DNA of 54,794 bases from an archaeon (GTDB lineage: Archaea; B1Sed10-29; WALL01; JAGHAM01): assembly GCA_021107635.1 (NCBI GenBank), contig JAIOSL010000050.1, positions 1 through 54,794 of the forward strand, in the 5' to 3' direction. A program made the translations under genes and the position numbers. Under the pieces are notes generated by a model. The model did not search any database, had not been told where the DNA came from, and was given only the letters and a program-made list of their open reading frames with translations. Within the stretch, counting starts at the first letter, position 1, and every line of letters begins with the position of its first letter. Positions 47,437 through 54,794 of this stretch are shown one piece after another.

Positions 47437-47714
47437 TCATCCTAGGCAACCCAAGTTTTGCAACAGGAATGAAACTAGCAGGAGTCAAACAAAGCTACGT
47501 AGTCCAAGACAAAGAAACTGCAGCCAAGATTTTCCCAGAAATCCCAAAGCAAGAACTTGTTGTTGCAAATACCAGCGTAGTAGACCTTTTTTCTCCACTG
47601 GAAGAACTTGAAAACCTAGTCACAATTCCCGATGATCCAGAAGCATTCAACTCAGTCGACGACCTCAAAAACATAGTTAAAACAGCAATAGGATTCGATA
47701 TCAAACTAGAATAA
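47433..47714 (+). CDS. atpF: A/V-type ATP synthase subunit F
   Basis: [22 protein letters not shown]; TTG start. Confidence 0.88.
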   Translation: MIILGNPSFATGMKLAGVKQSYVVQDKETAAKIFPEIPKQELVVANTSVVDLFSPLEELENLVTIPDDPEAFNSVDDLKNIVKTAIGFDIKLE

Positions 47715-47724
47715 GGTGAAAATA

Positions 47725-49458
47725 ATGACCACTGGAAAAATATCTAAAATTGCCGGACCTGTCGTAACAGCATCTAAAATGAAAGGCGCAAAAATGTACG
47801 ATGTTGTTTCCGTAGGCGAAGAAAAACTCTTAGGAGAAATCATTGAATTAGAACAAGACAGAGCAATAATTCAAGTCTACGAAGAAACCACAGGCGTAAG
47901 ACCAGGCGAGCCCGTAGAAAGCAAAGGCATGCCCCTTAGCGTTGAGCTAGGACCAGGACTGTTAAATCATATATACGATGGAATAGCAAGACCATTAAAA
48001 CTGATTACAGAACAAGCAGGAGATTTCATCACCAGAGGAGTAAACGTTCCAACACTAGACGCCAAGAAAAAACATGATTTCAAACCAGCAGTAAGACCAG
48101 GCGACACCGTTATTCCCGGTCAAATACTAGGCAGAGTTCAAGAAACATCACTCATTGAACACAGAGTTCTTGTTCCACCAGACATACAAGGCAAAGTCAA
48201 ATCCATTGAAAACGGAGACCAAACCATAGAAGACACTATCGCAGTAATCCACACAAACAAAGGAGACAAAAAAATCACAATGCGACAATACTGGCCAGTA
48301 CGCAAAGCCAGACCATTCCAACAAAAACTAGCTCCAGACATTCCACTCATTACAGGCCAAAGAGTCTTTGACTTCATGTTTCCCGTAGCAAAAGGAGGAG
48401 TAGCAGCTATTCCCGGACCCTTCGGCAGCGGAAAAACAGTAAGTGAACACAGCCTAGCAAAATGGTGCGACGCAGATGTTGTAATCTTCATCGGTTGCGG
48501 AGAAAGAGGAAACGAAATGAGCGACGTCCTCCAAGAATTCCCAGAATTAATCGACCCAAAATCCGGAAAGCCTCTGATGGAACGCACTGTTCTAATAGCT
48601 AACACCTCAAACATGCCAGTAGCAGCAAGAGAAGCATCAGTATACACAGGAATCACAATGGCAGAGTACTACAGAGACATGGGCTATGACGTTTCTTTAA
48701 TGGCAGACTCAACAAGCCGCTGGGCAGAAGCAATGCGTGAAATCTCTGCAAGACTAGAAGAAATGCCAGGAGAAGAAGGATACCCTGCATACCTCTCATC
48801 AAGACTAGCACAATTCTACGAACGCGCCGGCCGAGTAATCAATTTGAACTCCAGTAAAGGATCCATATCAGTAATCGGTGCAGTCTCACCTCCAGGAGGA
48901 GATCTATCTGAACCTGTAACACAATCAACGCTACGCATAAGCAAAGTCTTCTGGGCGTTAGACGCACCGCTCGCGTATTCGCGCCACTTCCCAGCAATCA
49001 ACTGGCTTACCAGTTACACATTATACGACAAAGCCTTAGCACCATACTTCAACAAAGAAGTTGCTTCTGACTTCACAAAAGTCAAAGCACGCACCATGAC
49101 CCTACTTCAAAAAGAAGCAGAACTCAAAGAAATAGTGCAATTAGTAGGCCCTGATGTCTTACCAGAAAACGAAAAACTCATTCTAGAAACCAGTAAATCA
49201 ATCAGAGAAGACTTCCTACAGCAGAACGCATTCCATGATGTAGACGCATACTGCTCACTAACAAAACAATACAAAATGATAAAAACCATCCTACACTTCC
49301 ACGACGTAGCACTAAAAGCACTAGAAAAAGGCACGAAAGTTGTAGACCTGGCAAACCTACCAGTAAAAGAAAAAATCGGCAGAATGAAATATGACCAAAA
49401 CTTTGAGGACCACACCCCAAGCCTGTGGAAGCAAATTGAACAGGAGGTGGAAGCATGA
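47725..49458 (+). CDS. atpA: A/V-type ATP synthase subunit A
   Basis: [35 protein letters not shown]; no intein. Confidence 0.98.
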   Translation: MTTGKISKIAGPVVTASKMKGAKMYDVVSVGEEKLLGEIIELEQDRAIIQVYEETTGVRPGEPVESKGMPLSVELGPGLLNHIYDGIARPLKLITEQAGDFITRGVNVPTLDAKKKHDFKPAVRPGDTVIPGQILGRVQETSLIEHRVLVPPDIQGKVKSIENGDQTIEDTIAVIHTNKGDKKITMRQYWPVRKARPFQQKLAPDIPLITGQRVFDFMFPVAKGGVAAIPGPFGSGKTVSEHSLAKWCDADVVIFIGCGERGNEMSDVLQEFPELIDPKSGKPLMERTVLIANTSNMPVAAREASVYTGITMAEYYRDMGYDVSLMADSTSRWAEAMREISARLEEMPGEEGYPAYLSSRLAQFYERAGRVINLNSSKGSISVIGAVSPPGGDLSEPVTQSTLRISKVFWALDAPLAYSRHFPAINWLTSYTLYDKALAPYFNKEVASDFTKVKARTMTLLQKEAELKEIVQLVGPDVLPENEKLILETSKSIREDFLQQNAFHDVDAYCSLTKQYKMIKTILHFHDVALKALEKGTKVVDLANLPVKEKIGRMKYDQNFEDHTPSLWKQIEQEVEA

Positions 49459-50897
49459 TCAAAGAATACACTTCAATCAGCAGAGTCGCAGGACCACTAC
49501 TAGTTGTAGAAGGCGTTAAAGGTATTGCATATGCAGAACTAGTGCACATAACCACACAAACAGGAGAAGAAAGACTAGGCCAAGTCTTAGAAGCAAGAGA
49601 AGACATGGCAATTGTCCAAGTATTCGAAGGAACCGGCGGAATCGACACAAAAAACACCAGAGTACGATTCACTGGTAAAACTCTTAAACTCGGCGTCAGC
49701 AAAGAAATGCTTGGCAGAATATTCAACGGAAGAGGAGACCCAATCGACAACGGCCCAAAAATCCTGCCAGAAAAAGAACTAGACATCAACGGAAACCCAA
49801 TAAATCCTTATGCAAGAGACGTACCAGAAGACTTCATACAAACAGGAATCTCAACAATCGATACAATGAACACCCTAGTACGAGGACAAAAACTCCCAAT
49901 CTTCTCAGGAGCCGGACTCCCACACAACATGCTTGCCGCACAAATAGCAAGACAAGCACAAGTAAAAGGAAAAGATTCATTCTCAGTAGTTTTCGCAGCA
50001 ATGGGAATCACAAAAGAAGAAGCACTATTCTTCCAAAATGAATTCGAACGCACAGGATCACTTGAAAACGTAGTCATGTTCCTAAACCTAGCTGATGACC
50101 CGACAATCGAACGCATTGTTACACCTAGACTTGCACTCACCACAGCAGAATACCTAGCATACGAATGCGGAATGCACGTGCTAGTCATACTCACAGACAT
50201 GACCAACTACTGCGAAGCCCTAAGAGAAATCTCTGCAGCAAGAAACGAAGTGCCCGGAAGACGAGGCTATCCAGGATATATGTACACAGACTTGTCCACA
50301 ATCTACGAACGCGCAGGCAAAATCAAAGGACGACAAGGATCAATAACCCAAGTACCAATCCTAACAATGCCAGACGACGACATTACCCACCCAATTCCCG
50401 ACCTCACAGGCTACATCACAGAAGGACAATTTGTGCTAAGCAGAGACCTCCACATGAAAGACATATACCCACCAGTTATTGTCCTGCCATCACTATCCAG
50501 ACTAATGAACAAAGGAATTGGAGAAGGCAAAACCAGAGAAGACCACTACGACCTCTCAAACCAACTCTACGCAGGATACGCTCATGGCAACGAAGTACGC
50601 GATTTAATGGCAGTAGTAGGAGAAGAATCACTCAGCGAAATCGACCGCACATACCTAAAATTCTCAGACCTATTTGAAGAAAAGTTTGTAAAACAAGGAT
50701 TTGAAGAAAACCGCACCATAGAAGAATCTCTAACTATCGGCTGGGAACTACTCAAACTGTTACCAGCAAAAGAACTGAAACGTATCAAAGAAAAATTCAT
50801 CAAAAAATACCATTCTCCAGAAGGCCGACCAGACGAACCAACCAAAAAAGGCCTGACAATCCCACCAAAAGAACCAAAGAAAAGCCCAGAGATGTAA
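49455..50897 (+). CDS. atpB: A/V-type ATP synthase subunit B
   Basis: [39 protein letters not shown]. Confidence 0.98.
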   Translation: MIKEYTSISRVAGPLLVVEGVKGIAYAELVHITTQTGEERLGQVLEAREDMAIVQVFEGTGGIDTKNTRVRFTGKTLKLGVSKEMLGRIFNGRGDPIDNGPKILPEKELDINGNPINPYARDVPEDFIQTGISTIDTMNTLVRGQKLPIFSGAGLPHNMLAAQIARQAQVKGKDSFSVVFAAMGITKEEALFFQNEFERTGSLENVVMFLNLADDPTIERIVTPRLALTTAEYLAYECGMHVLVILTDMTNYCEALREISAARNEVPGRRGYPGYMYTDLSTIYERAGKIKGRQGSITQVPILTMPDDDITHPIPDLTGYITEGQFVLSRDLHMKDIYPPVIVLPSLSRLMNKGIGEGKTREDHYDLSNQLYAGYAHGNEVRDLMAVVGEESLSEIDRTYLKFSDLFEEKFVKQGFEENRTIEESLTIGWELLKLLPAKELKRIKEKFIKKYHSPEGRPDEPTKKGLTIPPKEPKKSPEM

Positions 50898-50898
50898 C

Positions 50899-51513
50899 AT
50901 GGCAAGACTCAAACTAACACGCATGGAACTACTCAAACTAAAAGTAAAGCGCAAGCTAGCCGAAAAAGGATATCGCCTACTAAAACAAAAACGAGACACC
51001 CTAGTAATGGAATTCTTCGGTACACTCAAAGAAATACAAGCTTTACGCAAAGGATTCGGACAAAACTTCTCAAAAGCACAAAAAGCAATGCAAAGAGCCC
51101 AAGCCCTCCAAGGCCAACCAGACGTCGCAAGACTCGCGCTAGGCACAGCATCCGGAGTCGAACTAGAACAAACAACACGAAACGTAATGGGCGTTCAAGT
51201 ACCTATAATAGACTTAAAACCAGTTGAACACCAATGGTACGGCTACTACGAATTCACCGTTGAACTTGACGAAGCAGTAGCACTCCACCGCGAACTACTC
51301 CCAGACCTACTCAAACTCATCGAAAAACAGCTCGCACTCCGCAAACTAGCAGACGAAATAAGGAAAACCAAAAGAAGAGTCAACTCACTCGAATACATTG
51401 CCATTCCACGCTTAAAACACGAAGAAAAACTCATCACATTAAAACTTGAAGAACTAGAACGCGAAAGCTTCTCAAGACTAAAAGTCATAAAAGCAAAAAG
51501 TGAAAACAAATGA
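50899..51513 (+). CDS. atpD: A/V-type ATP synthase subunit D
   Basis: TRMELLKLK, GYRLLKQKRD, KTKRRVNSLE, LEELERE. Confidence 0.96.
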   Translation: MARLKLTRMELLKLKVKRKLAEKGYRLLKQKRDTLVMEFFGTLKEIQALRKGFGQNFSKAQKAMQRAQALQGQPDVARLALGTASGVELEQTTRNVMGVQVPIIDLKPVEHQWYGYYEFTVELDEAVALHRELLPDLLKLIEKQLALRKLADEIRKTKRRVNSLEYIAIPRLKHEEKLITLKLEELERESFSRLKVIKAKSENK

Positions 51514-51635
51514 AAGAATGGGAAATACGAAAAAACTATGTTCTGCTACTAGCCTATCAAGTCGCTAACATAACAATGGTCCTAGGATTTTTCTTTATAC
51601 TCTTTTTAGCATGTAAACAACTCGGACTATTCTAA
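51510..51635 (+). CDS. 41-aa single-TM microprotein coupled to atpD
   Basis: ATGA overlap with the atpD stop; MKEWEIRKNYVLLLAYQVANITMVLGFFFILFLACKQLGLF. Confidence 0.55.
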   Translation: MKEWEIRKNYVLLLAYQVANITMVLGFFFILFLACKQLGLF

Positions 51636-51675
51636 AACCTAAAGCTAATAACCATTAAACAACAATAATTAATCA

Positions 51676-52305
51676 ATGAAATATTCTGGAGATCCCAACC
51701 TCAACAAGTACCAATTATACAAAAAACTCACTCCACTATCAAAACAAAAATTTGAAAAAATACTTGAAAAAGTACTTATAAATTGGCACAAAAACAGAAA
51801 AGCGACAACAACACACGAACTCCACAGATATGGAATGTTAAATTACACTGAAAACAAAAAACAAAAACACATAGGTGCAAGTGCAACCCTGAAAAAAATT
51901 CTTCCATACATACCAACACAAGCAGCATTCTTTTTTGGAACAAAAGACACACAACATACATCCATACTCCACCAAAACATGATCACCATACTAATACAAA
52001 AAAAGACACTCCGCAAATCTACAAACCTACCAATAAAGCAAAGACTGGCAAATCTAAACAAAGAAGACCCACCAAGCCACTACAAACAAGCCGCATTATG
52101 TCCAATAACAGAACTTGAAAATGTTTACACACACGAAGTAATACACACATTTACACACAATCAAAGAAAAATAAAACAAGAACGATTAAACGAATGGGCA
52201 CTATCAAAAAAAGCAAAGACTTACGACCCAATAAGAAAATGGGAACACAACAAACTCAAAGAACTCAAAATAAAACCAAGAGTTTTAAAACCAAAAAAAG
52301 CCTAA
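51676..52305 (+). CDS. orphan paralog family member 3
   Basis: ILPYIP, LHQN, RLNEW, KWE. Confidence 0.75.
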   Translation: MKYSGDPNLNKYQLYKKLTPLSKQKFEKILEKVLINWHKNRKATTTHELHRYGMLNYTENKKQKHIGASATLKKILPYIPTQAAFFFGTKDTQHTSILHQNMITILIQKKTLRKSTNLPIKQRLANLNKEDPPSHYKQAALCPITELENVYTHEVIHTFTHNQRKIKQERLNEWALSKKAKTYDPIRKWEHNKLKELKIKPRVLKPKKA

Positions 52306-52312
52306 TAAACAC

Positions 52313-52657
52313 ATGAAACAAGCCATCATACTTCGCACAGACCTAAACATGGGAAAAGGCAAACTATGCGCGCAAGCCAGCCATGCAGCAATAGAAACAT
52401 TTATTCTAACCACACAAAAACAACCTGAATGGGCAGAATTATGGCTAAAAGAAGGCCAAAAGAAAATAGTCCTACGCGTCTCAAGTGAACAAGCACTAAA
52501 AGACCTATTCCTAGAAGCAAAAAGAGAAGTACCTGCCAAACTAATAGTTGATGCAGGCCACACTCAAGTAACACCAGGCACAACCACTGCACTAGGTCTC
52601 GGTCCTGCACCAGAACCCGTGCTCGACAAGTACATCTCAAGATACAAGCTTCTGTAG
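52313..52657 (+). CDS. pth: peptidyl-tRNA hydrolase, Pth2 type
   Basis: RTDLNMGKGKLCAQASHA, GQKKIVL, DAGHTQV, TALGLGP. Confidence 0.96.
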   Translation: MKQAIILRTDLNMGKGKLCAQASHAAIETFILTTQKQPEWAELWLKEGQKKIVLRVSSEQALKDLFLEAKREVPAKLIVDAGHTQVTPGTTTALGLGPAPEPVLDKYISRYKLL

Positions 52658-52665
52658 GCGCTTTC

Positions 52666-53151
52666 ATGGAATACAAAATACGAAAAGCAACAACAAAAGA
52701 CGCAAAAATATTGGCAGAACTGCTTTTCGAAATGAGCCAGGAAACCTACGCAGAATTCAAAAAGCCCATATACAAACCAACACCAAAAAAGAAATTCATG
52801 AAAGACGCAACAAACATTTTCAAAAAATTCATGAAAGATAAAAAACACTACATCCTGATAGCAATCGAGGAAGAGCCTATTGGCTTTGCTGCCTGTGAGA
52901 TCACTAGATACCGGCCATCTCTTTACGCCATAGGCGATTTCCTCTACATGCAATGGCTCTTCGTAAAAAAACCTTACAGAAGACACAAAACTGCAACCAA
53001 ACTCGTTGAAGCCTCAGTCAAAGAAGCTAAGAAAAGGAAACTGAAAATGGTCCTGCTTCTAACCCAATTTAAAAGCAAGAGAAACATAAACTTCTACAAC
53101 TCGCTAGGATTCGAAAAAGAACACTACAAGCTGTTCAAGGTGATAAAATGA
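52666..53151 (+). CDS. GNAT family N-acetyltransferase
   Basis: IRKAT, LFVKKPYRR, NFYNSLGF. Confidence 0.9.
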   Translation: MEYKIRKATTKDAKILAELLFEMSQETYAEFKKPIYKPTPKKKFMKDATNIFKKFMKDKKHYILIAIEEEPIGFAACEITRYRPSLYAIGDFLYMQWLFVKKPYRRHKTATKLVEASVKEAKKRKLKMVLLLTQFKSKRNINFYNSLGFEKEHYKLFKVIK

Positions 53152-53264
53152 AAATAATGGAAAACTGTCAAAAATGCGGAAAATATGCCAGACTGAAAGG
53201 TGGACTCTGCCGCAAATGTAAAAAAGAACTAGAAGAAGGAACCGAAGAAAAAAAGGAAGAATAA
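53148..53264 (+). CDS. 38-aa zinc-ribbon microprotein
   Basis: ATGA overlap, AGGTGA RBS; MKIMENCQKCGKYARLKGGLCRKCKKELEEGTEEKKEE. Confidence 0.65.
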   Translation: MKIMENCQKCGKYARLKGGLCRKCKKELEEGTEEKKEE

Positions 53265-53266
53265 AA

Positions 53267-53836
53267 ATGCCAAAATATGAACCAAGCAGAGAACTCTTAC
53301 ACAAACCCTTCCAATTCAAAACAAAACTCCTCCACGACCAAATCCACAAAAAACCAATCTCCTCAAAACCAATAAACAAAGCAATCACAACCATCATGAA
53401 ATTCGGAGAACTACACACAAACCCAACCCAACAAAGCAAAATAGGAAAAACAGTAAGATCCGCATTCCTCAGAATCAAAAAAGGTGCAAGGAACACAAAA
53501 AGAGAACGAGAACACATCCTAACAGAGCTATCCCCAGAACACATACTCTCTGCTAAAAGATATCCTGGACACGACTTCCCAGAAACCAGAACCGCATTCA
53601 ACGAATGCAAACAACAACTTAAAACAGCCCAACTCTTAAACCAAACTAAAGACATAACCAAGCACTTAACCACAGAAGAAAAAAACATACTAAACCAGCT
53701 TAAAATAAAACCAAAAAAATTCTCAAACGACCTAACCAAAGTAGTCAAATGGATGCACAATAACGACTACAGCGACGAACTCTACCAATCCTACATGCAC
53801 AACGTAATCCACGACATCAAAGGGAACAAAAAATGA
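53267..53836 (+). CDS. hypothetical basic K/H-rich protein
   Basis: 189 aa with host-like codon usage; no family recognised. Confidence 0.65.
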   Translation: MPKYEPSRELLHKPFQFKTKLLHDQIHKKPISSKPINKAITTIMKFGELHTNPTQQSKIGKTVRSAFLRIKKGARNTKREREHILTELSPEHILSAKRYPGHDFPETRTAFNECKQQLKTAQLLNQTKDITKHLTTEEKNILNQLKIKPKKFSNDLTKVVKWMHNNDYSDELYQSYMHNVIHDIKGNKK

Positions 53837-54794
53837 CACTAGAAAAAGCAGCACAACAAGCAGTAAAAGTATGCCTTGCCATCAAACCAGAAGAGCACGT
53901 CTTGATAATCTGTGACAACAAACACCTAAACATAGGCAAAGCCATAGAAAACGCTGCATCATACGCAAGCACTACTCTACTAATTCTAGAAGACCTAGGA
54001 AAACGCCCGCTTGAAATGCTTCCTGAACAAATAAAACAAGAAATTGATCGCGCGCAAGCAGCATTCTTCATTGCAGAATCAGTACCCGGTGAACTCACAG
54101 CCCTACGCAAACCTCTAGGACTCTATGCCAAACAACGCTGTCGCTACGCACACATGCCAAACGTTAACGAGCAAGTCATGATTGACGGCCTATCAAACGA
54201 CAACCGCGCAATCCAAGAATTCACAGAGCGTGTTTTTACAGAAATCAATGGAAAAACAAAAATGGAAGTAACCTCAGAGATAGGAACAGATCTGACTTTT
54301 ACATTAAAACCAAACAGAAAATGGCTTGTTTTCGGTTCCATGCTAAAAGAAAACGGCTGGACTAACCTCCCAGGCGCAGAAGTAGCAGTCTGTCCTGAAA
54401 ATGTTAACGGCAAAGCAGTAATAGACGGCGTAATAGGCGATTTTTTCATAAAATATGGTTCTATAGCCTCCTCTCCACTGACCTTAAACCTCTCAAATGG
54501 AAGGATAACTAGCTTAGAATGCAAGAACAACACATTAGCAAGCGAACTGCGTGACTACTTACACACAGATGAAGAGAGCAATCGCATAGGCGAGGTAGCT
54601 TTCGGTACCAACCTGTTCCTAAAAAAGTTCATCGGAAAGATGATTTTAGATGAAAAATACCCGACAGTACACTTTGCAGCAGGACATCCCTACATCTCAA
54701 AAGGCGAACCAGTTCCTTACGACTCGAAAACGCACGTGGATTTCGTAATGCGCTCGGTCACAGCTAAAGTCGATGGAAAGACAATCCTTGAAAA
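53833..54794 (+). CDS. M29 (AmpS/PepS-like) aminopeptidase, truncated by the window end
   Basis: Manual translation: AHMPNV, TNLPGAEV, IGEVAFGTN, LDEKYPTVHFAAG, THVD; ATG 53833, no stop before the end. Confidence 0.9.
   Translation, partial: MTLEKAAQQAVKVCLAIKPEEHVLIICDNKHLNIGKAIENAASYASTTLLILEDLGKRPLEMLPEQIKQEIDRAQAAFFIAESVPGELTALRKPLGLYAKQRCRYAHMPNVNEQVMIDGLSNDNRAIQEFTERVFTEINGKTKMEVTSEIGTDLTFTLKPNRKWLVFGSMLKENGWTNLPGAEVAVCPENVNGKAVIDGVIGDFFIKYGSIASSPLTLNLSNGRITSLECKNNTLASELRDYLHTDEESNRIGEVAFGTNLFLKKFIGKMILDEKYPTVHFAAGHPYISKGEPVPYDSKTHVDFVMRSVTAKVDGKTILE

Noticed and set aside
47725-49458. Intein in ATP synthase subunit A
   Set aside because: Normal length and continuous motifs; no insertion
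491-52986. Many other 60-200-aa overlapping ORFs in the track (e.g. 14054-14653, 22299-22883, 48138-48656, 49202-49789, 50165-50677)
   Set aside because: Antisense or off-frame shadows of recognised genes, with no motifs or RBS
53104-53760. 218-aa antisense ORF
   Set aside because: Shadow of an A-rich plus-strand gene; its F/L/V richness reflects complementarity

Overview
Archaeal chromosomal window; the compact gene packing and many orphans would fit a DPANN-type lineage, but that is only inference. It contains: (1) a ~14-kb purine operon (purE-purB-purM-cupin-purS-purL-purQ-purC-guaAB-[inserted genes]-guaAA-purP-like-purP-purH), with a 17-bp direct repeat at the guaAB 3' end marking a small insertion; (2) housekeeping genes (nac, slyD-type FKBP, psmB, aCPSF1/fttA, lhr, translin, rps17e, rpoK, pth, tRNA-iMet, a full A/V-type ATP synthase operon H-I-K-E-C-F-A-B-D, a partial M29 aminopeptidase); (3) many basic orphan proteins, three of them clear paralogs; (4) an unusual 32.1-38.3 kb locus. 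That locus has five putative HTH/winged-helix genes, an Ig-like protein and a PRC-barrel protein, interleaved with an array of co-oriented AAGTGAGARTT sites, a 42-bp direct repeat, ACGTAA/TTACGTAA motifs and a 24-bp inverted repeat. It is the best candidate for an undescribed nucleoprotein system (chromosome organisation/segregation or an atypical origin). No CRISPR array, rRNA, integrase or transposase was seen. All family calls come from motif recognition by eye, not database searches.
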